From Octopus sinensis (Eukaryota), in assembly GCF_006345805.1 (NCBI RefSeq), contig NC_042997.1, forward strand, positions 95,728,001 through 95,792,000: 64,000 nt of DNA. The letters run 5' to 3'. Shown piece after piece: positions 37,051 through 51,057 of the stretch. A program made the translations under genes and the position numbers. Position 1 is the first letter of the stretch. Each line of letters begins with the position of its first letter. Under the pieces are notes generated by a model, which was not told where the DNA came from, ran no database searches, and saw only the letters and a program-made list of their open reading frames with translations.

Positions 37051-39104
37051 AAGGCACACAAAGTTAGATCTTGGAGTGATTCATGTTTAAACTTATATGA
37101 GATATAAATCGTATCACCGCAGTTCCTGAGATTTTAAAATTTAAAAAAAGCCAAATTCTTTAAATCTGTTATTTTTAATTTATTTTTTGTTACTTTCCCT
37201 CTGTTACTGTGAACAATATTCTCTTGGCATCATGATTTATTTGCACCAATCAATCTTCAAATATATGTAAAATTAAAGGTGTGCGAAGTAATTTTTTATT
37301 GCTATTTTTGCTAGTCAGATGTACGCATTATATTAAATGTTTTTAGTTCAAAACGATTTGTGCTCCAGAATATACTATTTTGCATTTGTAAGTAGCAATT
37401 AAAAACTGATGAATTATTTATTCGAATGTATTGAAATACAATTTATCAGTTTCACATTTTGCTTTACTTTTCTGAATACGATCAACAATGTGTGGGTTTC
37501 GAGAATGGCAATGAATGAAAAATTGCTTCGTATCGTTTATTGTTATGTAAAATAGTCGTTAGTGTTTTGAGAGTAACGGAAAAATTAGTTACTCCTGCCT
37601 ACGGCTTGAAATGTGATACATAACACTGAGATAAATAAAATCAAAAGAAGAATTTTTTCTGATAAGTTATTGTCGTCGCGACTCCTTTAATACATTTTTT
37701 GCTAGTTATGGGAACGTTATTTAAGTCTTTCACGGTATATCCTTACAAATAGCAAATCCTTACAAATAGCAAACCTAGTCTTTCAGACGCTGTTTCAGAA
37801 ATAATAAAACAGTAAATATTTTAAATGGCTAGCAAGCAATAATGCAAAGGCACACATTGATTAAAGCATTTACTTCATGACTTAATAAAAAAAAGTCCAA
37901 ATGAAAATAAAACAAAATTCAAAAAATGTAATTTTAACTGCAAAAACTGCCAGGTTTAGTAGTTTTCTAAGTTCGTCAGACGACCTACCATTAACTATAA
38001 AATAATAAAATATTTCTATCCTGATATATAGTATAGCCTGGATTATATAAATCAAATGCTTGTTTCGTTTTAAAGTTATGAATTGAAAGATTGTTTTTAG
38101 TAGGTGAAGCACCTGCGAAGAGTCTCTCTCTATTTAATGTACACGGCAGAAAAGCTTTTGATATTGGCTTTGATGGCGCAGGGTTGTCTCTTGGTTAAAC
38201 AATAACTAATATTTTTAACAATTCCTGGAGAGCCTTTTATCAAAATAATTAAATAAATGAATAAATAAATAAATAAATAATGTCGACAATTGCTTTCTTT
38301 CATGTTACTAGTATTCTTGAAGTGCTTATCGAATATGAAATCCCTCTAATTAATAAACGCCTAAATCATTGTTCGAGTATTACGACTTGAACAACTTACA
38401 TAATGGAAGGAAATTGAATACAAAAATCAAATTCTTTAACACAATGACACAGTGTTTTAAAATTTAGGGATACAACATTCAAATGGAATTAACATGATAG
38501 TATTTCTATGTGCCCTACTAGTTTATTATTAATATACACAAGAAGCTACATGACGTTCAATCTTATTCCCACGAAAACTTTACAGAGGGAGAGAATCCTA
38601 CAAAAATAAGTACCATATATTCACATAATAGATAGTGCATATGCTGTATTTTGAAAATAAACTTAAATATAAGTACCATTGAGTACATACAACCATCGAT
38701 ATTCAGGTTTCAACTAAATCAGTACCTGCATTTGTTTAATATTTACTTTAACAATGCTATGAAATAATTCTCAAATTTGCTTTTGAAAATTGTAAAAGAG
38801 AACACAATCTATAACTAAATCATCCCAATTATTTTATTAACTTTTCAACTGAATGTGCCATCAATATTGCAATGATATTTCAACGCCTATTAAAAGAGTT
38901 CCACATTCGAATGTATGGATGTGTTGCACTAGACAAGCAAGTTAGTAATAGCTATGATCAAAATCATACCAGTATATAACAATTCAACCTTTTCCAAGCA
39001 GCTATTTTTTTGCAGTTCATCGCTTTCTTGCTTTCAAATACACACATACACACACACAGGTACATACATGCATACATATATATAATTTGCTTTCAGCATT
39101 TCAC

Positions 39105-39210
39105 TTAACGTCTATGTTCCATTGTGACATGAGTTGGAGAGTTGTTAATGTAGAAAGTTGGCATCTCAGCCACTAGCATTTGAGACCCGTGTAATCTACA
39201 CCTGCATAAT
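39105..39210 (-). CDS. Candidate terminal coding exon of an unidentified host gene
   Basis: Strong acceptor TTGTTTTCCATTTGTTTCTCTCTAG, then one open frame LCRCRLHGSQMLVAEMPTFYINNSPTHVTMEHRR*. No recognisable homology. Confidence 0.2.
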
Positions 39211-39271
39211 CTAGAGAGAAACAAATGGAAAACAAGATATGTAACATAAAGAAAGACCCCTCCAAATTTCG

Positions 39272-39351
39272 AGAAATTCACGACAATATGAGGCTTATTT
39301 TGGTTTGCAGGAGCAACTGTTTTTCGAAGCCTCACATTCTCGTGAATTTCT
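39272..39351. other. 25-bp hairpin with 30-nt loop
   Basis: 39272-39296 against 39327-39351. On the - strand there are 23 Watson-Crick pairs, 1 G.U and 1 mismatch. Confidence 0.85.
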
Positions 39352-39749
39352 GGAAAGTTGATGACAAAAGCAGGACAGAGGAGATATACAACAAACCAAA
39401 CCAAACGAAAGCAAACAGGGAGGGCCATTAGGCCAGACGAGGTAAGGGAGCGAACGCGGAGGAATATTGTCTTTGACAAAGGAAAGGTTAGGAAAGGAGA
39501 CAGATAAGAATGTGTCTGGTCTGTGTGACAGACTGAAGGAAAAGAAAGATTAACGTATTTCGTGATGTTTTAGTAATTCGTAATTCATGTTGTATTCGTA
39601 TTTCATGGTGTTTACGTTTAGTGACGTCCTGTGCCCATATATGCACACACACACACATATATATATATTTTGGAATGGTGATTTTGCCAGTTTAGCCAAT
39701 AAAGTAAAAAATAAATAACACTGAAGCAAAATAACAACAAATATATAAC

Positions 39750-39831
<82 letters not shown>

Positions 39832-39900
39832 TGTATGTATGTATGTATGTATATATATATGCCGTTAGAAAACCGATTATAACAGCGACCCCATCTAAGA

Positions 39901-39937
39901 ATATCTGAAGAAGGAATATTATTCCGAAATATCATAT
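39901..39937 (+). ncRNA. 37-nt hammerhead ribozyme
   Basis: ATAT-CTGAAGA-A-GGAAT-ATT-ATTCC-GAAA-TA-TC-ATAT, within a short element (39861-40015) between microsatellites. Confidence 0.7.
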
Positions 39938-40023
39938 CAGACAATGGATGACTAAATTACAACAGGTATATAGCACATTGTCTGTATTATAATGCATTGT
40001 TGTACCATTCAAAACTTTTTATT

Positions 40024-40104
<81 letters not shown>

Positions 40105-40304
40105 GTATACATACATATATATGCAAGTATTACGTATACGTATGTATATATGCATATATAGATATATTTTATTTATATTATTATATGATTGAACGCTACG
40201 CATCCATTTGCAAGTAAGTTTATCTTTATATATATATATAAATACATACATATGTACATATATATATATATATACAGAGAGAGTGAGAGAGAGAGAGAGT
40301 TTAC

Positions 40305-40485
40305 GAAAAAAAACAAAAGATGAAGACAGGTGGTGTACAAAACAAACAGATGTATTAGTATAATGCTCAGGAATAGAAAACGTCTTTTACGTTTCGAGCT
40401 TACGCTCTTCTACGGAGAGGGGCACAGAAAAAAGTAAGGAGAGAAACAAGGAGAGAAAAACATGTGTGTGGTGGCTAACGATACA
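40305..40485 (-). mobile_element. pLTR family B with decayed HHR (40383-40418, core CCGTAGA)
   Basis: Homologous to 49560-49740 and 57975-58170. Confidence 0.75.
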
Positions 40486-40510
40486 CACACACAGGCACAC
40501 ACACACACAT

Positions 40511-40598
<88 letters not shown>

Positions 40599-42194
40599 TA
40601 ATAAATAAAAAAAATAAAATATATATATATATATTAGTATGTATGCATGTATTGAATTAGCCAATGATCAAAATACAGAGTAAAGTATTATAATATAGAA
40701 GACTATTTCTCATTAACATAGTTGGTAAACAAATATAGATCATTAGCAATATATCTTTAAGCTCTATCCTTGATAAATGAATATTTTTGTGATAACAATT
40801 TATTTTTCAAATAAAATAGCAATTTAACTGAGAATTTTATAAATTATTAAAATAAACAAATAATGTGTTATATAAATTCATGTAAGTGTATCCATGTATA
40901 TTTGTTCATACATTGAAATTTATCTCAATGTACGCACAAATATTCATGAACACACTTATATACAAACATTTGCATGCATAAGATAACACCACAAATGCTG
41001 AAACACAGTCGCAGTCGCTGTAAAACTCATTGGTCGAAAGTCTATTGACTGAAATGCAATTTAAAACATACTGGTTTATGAGAAATGCATCGAAAAACAT
41101 AAACATGGTTATTTATTACTAGAAACCACAGAAAACCATCAAAAGTTAATTTACTTTTCAATAGCAAAAAAAAAGGTCTTTCTAAACGAAGTACATTTTC
41201 AATTTATTTTCGAGTTCCCTGGGATGAGTATAAGAAAATAAATATCTATTGAAATAGAGTAAAACATAATGTCCACTACCTTTGAAACAACTTTTGTATA
41301 TATTTTAAATTAGGAGTACAAATTGTTTTATTGTAATAAATTTTCAATTAATTTGTGTGTTTATGCATGTTCTTTCTATAACGTCCGACATAATACATAA
41401 TTGTAAGGTTTAATTTCTTGAGTACCTATAGTAACAGTAGCCGTTGCTAACATGATCATGAGATTCATTAATGGAGTATTGTTGGTTACATCTACCCAAT
41501 AACTTGAGTGTGTAATACTGGTTTTATTGATCCATGTAAGATAATAAACATGATAACAATACCGCAATTTGGTTGCAGAAGAAATGTAACTCAATGATAC
41601 AAACTATTTGGTTCCATTTCCTATGAACTCATCACCACATCGTCCACTTACTTTGTAATAACTATTTCTAACAGAAAAATCAATGGACACTCGTACTTCT
41701 CAGATGCTTAAGGAGTAATTCTCAATTGATTATTGTATCGGCTAGAGTATCCTTATCCAGGTAGCTAACGATTTTCTGACATGAATGTTAATAATTTATA
41801 GCTGTCGAAAATAAAACCCTCAAGCTGATATGAAAGTTTGTAAAATATATGAAATCTATTAATTCTAGTTACATATTGAGACATTATGACAGTTGGTTCA
41901 AATATCAATAAATCATCGCATTATTATCGATATAGTTTTTATCTATTTGAAAAATATTAAAAAATCAACGAATATGTTATCTACGAATTCCAAACCAACC
42001 ATGTATGCATGTATGTATGTATGTATGTATGTATGTATATATGTATGTATGTTTGTATGTGTGTGTATGCATGTATGTATGTATGAGTGTATGTATGTAT
42101 GTAAGTATTATGTATGCATGCATGAATTCATGTATACGTGTATGCATGTATGTATGTATGTATGTATGTATGTATGTATGTATGTATGTATGTA

Positions 42195-42256
<62 letters not shown>

Positions 42257-42270
42257 ATAATATATATATA

Positions 42271-42323
<53 letters not shown>

Positions 42324-44879
42324 CAGTGATATTCTAAAATAGCCGATAGTCTGGCTTGTAAAGTGTTACAAAATTGATTTAACCAACTTTTCGCCAACTG
42401 ATAAGTTAATCCTACTAATCAAATGATGTCTGTGTTCACGGAACTGTGTAACAGATGTACTTAATATGGTTTAAATAACTTCTTAAATCAGTCTTTTGAA
42501 GACGAAGTAAGAACAGAAGACAAAAATACAATATTGTAGCATGAGAAACCTTCATACTTTTCATAATTAATAATTTATTTATTGAAATATTGGTATTAGT
42601 AATAATATATTTAAAGAACAATAAAAGAAAATATTTGTTAAGTACATAATATTCTTTGAAAAAAAAATGGTTCTTGTCATTGGTTACATATGCTGATATT
42701 TAACATGTATGTAAATGTTTGAGAAAAGAAATATTTGCAAATGAGAAGTTAAACAGAATGTATAAGATGATGACAATAAATGTAAACAAGAAAATGGTAT
42801 TGTATTACTTTGCATAATTTGATTATTTTCCCCCTCAATTTGAAAAAGGGAATCTTTCCCGAAATAATATTGGATGGCTAAATAACCTTATATAGTACTA
42901 AAATATATTTTCCCTTTGTTTTCATTTGATATCACCTAATGTATTTCAATTAACTTCCCTACTGCATAGACAGGGGTCTTTTCAAACACAGGTGTGCACG
43001 TGCACACGTGCACGCTTGTACACACACACGCACACACACAGAAACATACACACATATATCCCCTACACAGATTGCAAGCCCTTAAGCAAATTACAACACC
43101 TCAGTATTTCTTTCTTTATAACCCTTCGTTGTTGACGGCCTTTTTCTCAAGATAACGCTGATTAAGGAAACCAAAGACTGAATGAATACCTTTCAGTGAA
43201 AGTTATCTAGGACGTAAAACCGTAGCGTATGATTCGAGATACAATTCACTGTTAGTTTTAACTAATCAAATCATGTGAAACAGGCTCATGTAATGCTTAC
43301 AATCTTTTCTGTGATATTTGCGTGCGTATGCTTGTGTGACCTTGTCTGTGTATGGGCATGCATGTGCGTGCGGCTACATGCATGTGCGTACGGGTGCATA
43401 CATGAGTGTACGGGTACCTGCATGTGCGTGCGGGTGCATGTGTGCTGCTACGAGTTTATGTTATTCGCTTTTACACAAAATAATATGCGATTACTGATAT
43501 TATTCACTTTTTATTCATGACCATCCTTAAAATCCGGATCATGTTGATCGCATTCAGAAACAAGTACAACGGAAATGGAAATAGCAAAAGAAAAATTTCT
43601 GAATTTTACAAAGGTGAAGCCATCGAACTCTCCATGTTATCTCTTCGACTCAGTATAATTATTCATGACCCTTTTTATGTCCTTCTTCTCCACAGTAATA
43701 TAATCATCACCTGTCGTTTTAATCGTTATCATTATCATCATGGGTGTGCGTTGCGGTGTTTCTCTCAATCCACTCGAACACGCGAAATTTAAGCCTAGCT
43801 TTAGAATTGTTGCTAGAAAACGGATTAACTGGAAAGAAGTCACATAATCTAATCTTGCTATTCAGTTCATGTAAACAGGCTTTTTCTTTTACAGTCACCC
43901 TTGTGTTATTATGCAAAATATATTTGTAGGGAAATATGGCAAAAATTCTGCTAGAAAGTTGAGCTGCTAACTTACTACTCCGTTCTGGTTATTGATATTT
44001 CTATTAATTAGTGATGCGGGATGAAAATATATTTATGACATAGATAATTTACAATATCTTAAAATCATAAGAAAATGTGAAAATTGAAACATTTTGTCTA
44101 AAGTTCAGTATCGTTTATAGCCATATAATTCCAAGTCATTTTGTAAATTCCACACATTTCCTTTAGCATGTTAAGATGTTTTTCATGTTTCGTATAATCT
44201 ATTCCCGCCTTTCTATATCTCAACATAGACTACTACACATTTTGTTGCCACCATTCTCTTTACTACTTTCTAATGGCCTCATAATCGTGGCCATTTCAAA
44301 CAATTCTAGTTTCTCAGAGCCTTCTAGTACATTAAAGTTTCTCAAATCTTGAGGTACCAAATTAAACGAATCGATTATCGAGATGCACAAAAAGATTTTA
44401 GTAAGTTATAAAGCATTCAAGTTATAGTTATTTTCTGAACATACCATTTAGTCAAAATGAAAATAGGATTCCTCTTCACGAATATATGTATTGCTTGTGT
44501 GCAATCTTATTTTTTTCGGAATTTATAGAGTATAAGTCGCCAGATTTAAAATCTCAATCCAATGACATCCTTTGTAAACACGACGTCTTTTTTCAGCTCT
44601 GAAATTGTTTACCAACAGCATTAATATGAATATGACACATTCCTCTCAACTGGATATATTTCTTTCCATAGTCTAGTTGCTAACCCCGTTGAGTGAAAAC
44701 CAGTCCATGTATCAGCTCCTTTCTCAAGCAATGTACTGCGGAATCACATTATCCATTTATTGCTTAACCTTTATATGATGCTAATGTGTGATTTGTAAAG
44801 AATTCCTCTGCTATTTCTAGCATGGACGATTATGTAAAGACTTTTACGTTGGTTCGCCCCGTCGAACGATATCGGTTTC

Positions 44880-45000
44880 AAAAGTTGGCATGAGGCCAGT
44901 AATTTCCGGGAAATGCTAAGTCGATTGCATTGATACCTGTGTTCGACTGGTACTTATTTTATCGACCCCAGAAGGATGAAAGGCAAGGTCTACCTCAGTG
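44880..45000 (-). mobile_element. Degenerate SINE, family B
   Basis: ACTGGTACTTATTTTATCGACCCCAGAAGGATGAAAGGCAAGGTC is the reverse complement of the family B body. Confidence 0.7.
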
Positions 45001-45556
45001 GGCGCTTGTATTCGTTTCATTCTCATCAACCGTCGATAATATATTACATTCACACCAACGTAACAGCTATGCCTATAGCTCATCGTTAGTTTTCAGTATT
45101 CATCATCAAAAAATAGGTGCACTTAAGTGAAATGCAAATTGTATCGATTATGCATTCTCCTTCCTTCCACCCACCAAAATTGCCAAAGAAGGATAGTGAA
45201 TATAACTACTATTTGGAATTGATGCTAAAGCTTGCTCACAGCTCACAAGAAATTTTGTCTTTTACTCTTTGACATAAGCCGCATTTTTTACCGGTTAACA
45301 TTTTATCGGTTGAATGGAATATTCATTGTAGATTAAAAACTGTGTAATGCTGTAAATTATTTATAACTTGAACGTTTTCATGTTTTTAGTAATGGAAAAT
45401 GATTTCGATACAATTTAATGCATGGTTCTCCTCTTTGATTTTACATTATATACTTTACACACACACGCACACTCACACACGCACATGTGTACGTGTATAT
45501 ATATATATATATATATACGTATATACGTATATATATATATACATGTATGTATATAT

Positions 45557-45625
<69 letters not shown>

Positions 45626-46794
45626 CATATCTATATACACACATACACACACACTCACACACCCACACAAACAAATATATTTGTATATATGTATGTATTA
45701 TGTGTGTAAGTATTAGCTTTTGGGCCTTTATAACTGCGTAGTGATTGCTAATGCAAATCTAAATCTAAAGATGATTTGTTTGTTCATTTTAAATCTTGAA
45801 TTTCCTTTTAGAATTTATTGTGTGAAACGGTAATGTGATGTCGGCACTAATGTCCACAACCTTATTTACTTCATGGAAATGTGCTGGGATATAGGTCTGA
45901 CAGATGTAAAAGTGATAAATTTAATATGCGTAAATTCCTATGCTATATTACCCTCTTTTGTTTGTGCTTTTTCGTTTTGTTTTGGGTTTTATTTTCATCA
46001 CTTATTGCATTAATTCGTTACATTAACTCGGTACATTAACTTAATCCATACATTGTTTTATCTTTATATTTCCTTTATTTTGCTAAGCAAACTTATTTTA
46101 TTGGAATAATAATCCAGCGAACGAAAAATATTTAAGTAAGTTTTAATATAAAGTGAAAAAGTGCATGTCATTCAATAAAAGAAAGTTCATGGACAATAAA
46201 TCTTGTAATAATAATAAGTTTAAGGTTTTCTTTTCTTTCTTAACCAGTAAGGGTTGATAAATGTATTGAGGTGTGTTATTGTAAAAAATAAAATGGAGAA
46301 CAATAGAAACAAATATATATATATTCAAAGCATAGTTCTCTAATAGAAGTGAGATTTCTGAGGGCTGATCGTGAAAACTTCACAAAATGTCGGCTGCCCA
46401 GACCACTAAGAATATTATCCTCTCGAAGTTGTCCTCTAATCTACAGGCACATAGTCAGAGAAGGCCCGTTCACTCGGAATATGCTTGCAACTCTTATCCA
46501 CAAATCCACAAATATTATAGGAGGCAGACATTTACTCTCCATGCTCAATCTCCTTTTCATGTGATACGTTAATCAGTTGATGAGAGATTGGCTAATGCAA
46601 ACCCTGTCGTTCCTCAACATTTCCTGCCTTATCCATCACAGTACCGAGTCCACCAGACGGAATGTCTTTCATCCCAGCACAATGAAGACGATGGGACAAT
46701 CTTCACAATAGTTTCAGATGAGTTCATTTTCAATAATACTTGACTTCAACTGCTCAGATTCGGCCTAGCTTGTCAGCTCCAGCCTGTGTACTGC

Positions 46795-46945
46795 ATGTTT
46801 GTATGTATGTATGTATGCATGTATGTATGTGTGTATGCATGCATGTATGTATGTATGTATGTATGTATGTATGTATGTATGTATGTATGTATGTATGTAT
46901 GTATGTATGTATGTATGTATGTATGTATGTATTTATGTATTATGT
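46795..46945. repeat. (TATG)n microsatellite
   Basis: Direct inspection; similar tracts lie near 15250, 42000 and 50790. Confidence 0.95.
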
Positions 46946-48746
46946 ATGTATATATGGATGGATGGATATATGTATATATGGATGTAAGTGTGCAGGTTCG
47001 TATGTCTGTGTCTGTGTGCGTGTGTGAGTGTGTTTGTGTGTGTGTGTGTGAGTGCGTGGTTGTGTATGCGTGTGTTTATGTGAATTGGGGCTCCCAATTA
47101 CTGTTTAAAAACCACGGAGGCTCGATTTGTATATTAGTCCTGCTATGGATAATTTATGAAAGGTTTCTAAGGTTCACAACTCCCTCTATTCGTGGTAAAT
47201 ATAATCTCGCTTTGCCAGGTTTCGCGGGCGGGAATGGTGGAATTTTTGTTGCAGTGGAAAAGCTATATTTGTTGATGTTGCTACTGTGGTGGTGGTGGTG
47301 GTGATGGTGGTGTTGGCTGTATTTGTTTTACTCTTATAATGAATTGGGTGAACCAATAAGTATTTTATTCAACAGCAGACTATGAGAAAATTGGGAGAAG
47401 GTGTACCGTACGATAAAATACTAACCTTAATCCACAGGCCAACAAACAACTGTGCTATTGATTGCATCGACGTCATCACTCATTCCACTAGTTTTGTATT
47501 TTACTTACAATAAATATAATGGATGGTAATAAAATGGTGGCTGCACACAAGCATATTAATTTGGTGATTAACGGCAACAAATCAGTTTTCTTAATTCAAC
47601 ATCTAATCTTTGGGGAACAGAATCAGAAATTACTACTACGCCGCCTTCACCACCACCACCACCACCGCCGCCGCCGTCGCCAACACAACCACCACCACCA
47701 TCGTCATCATCATCATCATAATTATCATACCGCAAGCATCTCCATCACAAGCCTGCCTAAGAGAATATTGGGTCAATTACATTATTGTCGCTTGCGTATT
47801 ACATCCTTAATTTGTATTGCCTGTCACAGAATATATATCTTGTGTTATACTAGCAAACACAAAGATAAAAAGAAGTACCTGCATATCAGCTATAGGTTCT
47901 GATATCCTTGATAGCTGTTAAAATATATTCACGACGTTCAATCGTTATCACTAAATGGTCATGCTGAATTTGTATCCCTTTCAAATTAGGTTTCCGTAGT
48001 CATACTGACTGACTAAACGAAATTGTCTGACGCATTATGACACGGATTTTCAGATTTGTATTCAGTCATTTGTGTTAAACTTTACACTGAGCCTAGTTAG
48101 CGAAGCGATACACTGAACAAACACTTGCTCGATTGTCAGCTCAACAGGAAAGCAATAATCAAAATAAAACAAAGAAAGAAAGAAAGAAAGAAAGAAGAAA
48201 GAAAGAAAAAAGAAAGAAAAAAAGAAAGAAAGAAAGAGAGAATGAAAAATTCTGTAACAGACAAATTAACAACTAACAGGAATTCGACAACCTCGAGTGA
48301 ATTGATTTAGTGATTCAAGAAAAGTAGAAAAGAAAACAAAAGACACAACATGAATAAATAAATAAAAAAAATTTGTTTTGTGACAAGTCAAATTAATAAC
48401 AAACAGGAATTCAACCACCTAATTTCGGCGGCGGTTTATAGTTTTCAGTTCGAATTCACACCTGTAATATTTCAAAAATATATAGGAACAAAGAATACAC
48501 AGTTTTGCTTTAAAATAAGTTCAGAAGAATTCAGTGGTACTTCTTGTGGCGTGCAGTGAAAAAGAGCGTGCCAATATGAAAAACTGAATTATGTTAGGGT
48601 AATAAAAATAGATGAAAAATCACTTGACTTTTTCGAATGACTCGCTTCCACAAAGATATTCAGTACTTATGGTTTCTATGAAAGTTAAAACTCTCCTTCT
48701 ACATTAGGGACATACTACAAAAATATAATTTGGAAGGAGTGAGATA

Positions 48747-49165
48747 GGCGCAGGAGTGGCTGTGTGGTAGGTAGCTTGTTTAGCAACCACATGGTTCCGG
48801 GTTCAGTCCCACTGCGTGGCACCTTGGGCAAGTGTTTTCTACTATAGCCTCGGGCCGACCAAATCCTTGAGTGGATTTGGTAGACCGTCGTATATATGTA
48901 TATATATATATGTATGTGCGTGTATGTTTGTGTGTCTGTGTTTGTCCCCCTAGCATTGCTTACAACCGATGCTGGTGTGTTTATGTCCCCGTCACTTAGC
49001 GGTTCGGCAAAAGCCATAGTTCGATAAACACGTTAGTCATTCCAATTAGTGTTTTATTAGAATAAGTACTGAGCTTACAAAGAATAAATCTCGGGGTCGA
49101 GTTGCTCGATTAAAGGTGGTGCACCAGCATGGCCGTAGTCAAAATGACTGAAACAAGTAAAAAAA
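48747..49165 (+). mobile_element. SINE, family A, carrying a 49-bp locally templated insert
   Basis: Full head and tail. 49011-49059 is absent from other copies and matches 50235-50283. Confidence 0.9.
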
Positions 49166-49420
49166 AAAAGAAAAAAAAAGTAACTTATCTTTCATCTTTT
49201 ACTTACATAAGTCAGTCAGCTGAGGCCATCATGGGCACCGACTTGAAGGGATTAGTCGAACACCGGCACTGTCTGGTAATTATGTTATCGGTATCTTTTA
49301 CCAAACTACCAAGTTATAATACGTAAACTAGCAATGGTTTTCAAGTGGTGGTGGCTGCCTTGGTGATAGTGGGGCTAGCTCAACACAAAAGCATATAAAC
49401 ACGCTCACATATATTTTCTT

Positions 49421-49464
<44 letters not shown>

Positions 49465-49480
49465 ATATATACATATATTT

Positions 49481-49533
<53 letters not shown>

Positions 49534-49559
49534 ATATATATATATATGTACAGGGGAGA

Positions 49560-49740
49560 ATTAAAAAAAAACAAAAGACGAAGACAGGTGGTGTAGACAA
49601 CAAACAGATGTATTAGTATAACGCTCGGGAAGTGAAAAAGTCTTTAACGTTTCGAGCCTACGCTCTTCAACAGAAAGGAACACAGAAACATACAAGGGGA
49701 GAATATAAAGAAGGTGTAGTGGCTAACGATCTATCATGGC
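49560..49740 (-). mobile_element. pLTR family B
   Basis: Homologous to 40305-40485 and 57975-58170. Confidence 0.8.
49642..49677 (-). ncRNA. Hammerhead-like motif, U6 core variant
   Basis: CTTT-CTGTTGA-A-GAGC-GTAG-GCTC-GAAA-CG-TT-AAAG. Confidence 0.65.
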
Positions 49741-49743
49741 AGT

Positions 49744-49990
49744 GAATCCAAATAAAAACAAGCAAGAAAAAACAACAACGCGAGGACGTCGTATACGTGC
49801 TGTGCTATTGGACGCTCAGGAAAGGAAAGAAAAGAAAGCGAATTTCACGTTTCGAGCGGAGCTCTTCATCAGAAGTATAGAAAAAGTCCAAAGAAGGGAA
49901 GTTGGAGGATGAAAATCTCCAACGATACATGCGCGGTCACATATTGCAATGTCCGGAAGGGAATGGGTGAAGAAAAAGTTCTATCTTAGG
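49744..49990 (-). mobile_element. pLTR family C with HHR motif 49842-49876 (cleavage-site base is G, probably inactive)
   Basis: TT-CTGATGA-A-GAGC-TCC-GCTC-GAAA-CG-TG-AA; terminus shared with 24695-24756. Confidence 0.7.
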
Positions 49991-50099
49991 CAGTAGAGTG
50001 CAAGAGAAGGAGGTATGTGCGTGTTGTCACTGGGTCGATAGCGGTAAATTATGTATGTATATATCTATATCTATATCTATATCTATCTATATATATATA

Positions 50100-50187
50100 C
50101 TTGCCATGTAGCGGCACAGTGGACTGAACATAAAATCACATGGTTGGGCATCAAGCTTCTTTCCCGCTTAGACACGCCTGCGCCTAT
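50100..50187 (-). mobile_element. SINE family A head fragment
   Basis: Reverse strand reads GGCGCAGGCGTGTCTAAGCGGGAAAGAAGCTTG..GTTCAGTCCACTG. Confidence 0.7.
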
Positions 50188-51057
50188 ATGATGATGAATT
50201 ACTTCTTATGTTACCCTTGTATACTGCGCAACATAAGCCATAGTTCAATAAACACGTTAGTCATTCCAATTAGTGTTTTATTAATGTTTTCTTTGTATTT
50301 CCGTTTGTATTATTTGCTTTATACATTTTAATATATTAGTTACAAGACGTTAATTAGAGAATACTGGCTGAAATTACACTTGAACTGTAAGAATGCCTTT
50401 TAACTGTATAGATTGTAATAAGCTGGACTGAGAGAAGAAAGAAACTCATTATTACGTCATAGCTATGGTTGCTTTGGTCTAGATATTTGAATGTATTTAT
50501 TTTCAATGCTTTCATATTTTCGCAGAATAAAACAAGCCCCCACCTAAAACGCTCTATGAATCGACTGTGACTACATTAGGGTTTGCGAAGATATAAACAG
50601 CCTCGATTACATCATAAGCAAATTGCAAACATCCCAAATTTGATAACGCACCATAGCTTCAAATAGATTTTTGCTATTCGCTTTTTGGATACAAAACCAA
50701 TTTCTGTGTTTCTTTGAACAGATGATAAACTTCTAAGATGAAAAAAAAAACTGGCTGTTCGATAAGCCACAGTTTATATAATACATCATATATACATACA
50801 CACATACATACATACATACATACATACATACATACATACATACATACATACATACATACACACACATACATAAATACATACATATATACGTATATATATG
50901 TGTGTGTGTGTGTGTGCTTGTGTGTGCATGTATATGTGTGTGTATGTTTGTGTGTATGTATATATTTATATGTACGTACATACAAGTGTACATACATGCG
51001 ATCATACTTACATACAAAAACACACAGATACATATTATTTATTTGCTGTGAACTTAC

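Noticed and set aside
50376-50430. Strong - strand acceptor (exon would start at 50427) as the partner of the 51058 donor
   Set aside because: In phase it gives only 17 codons to a stop with no recognisable motif; it cannot be supported without RNA data.
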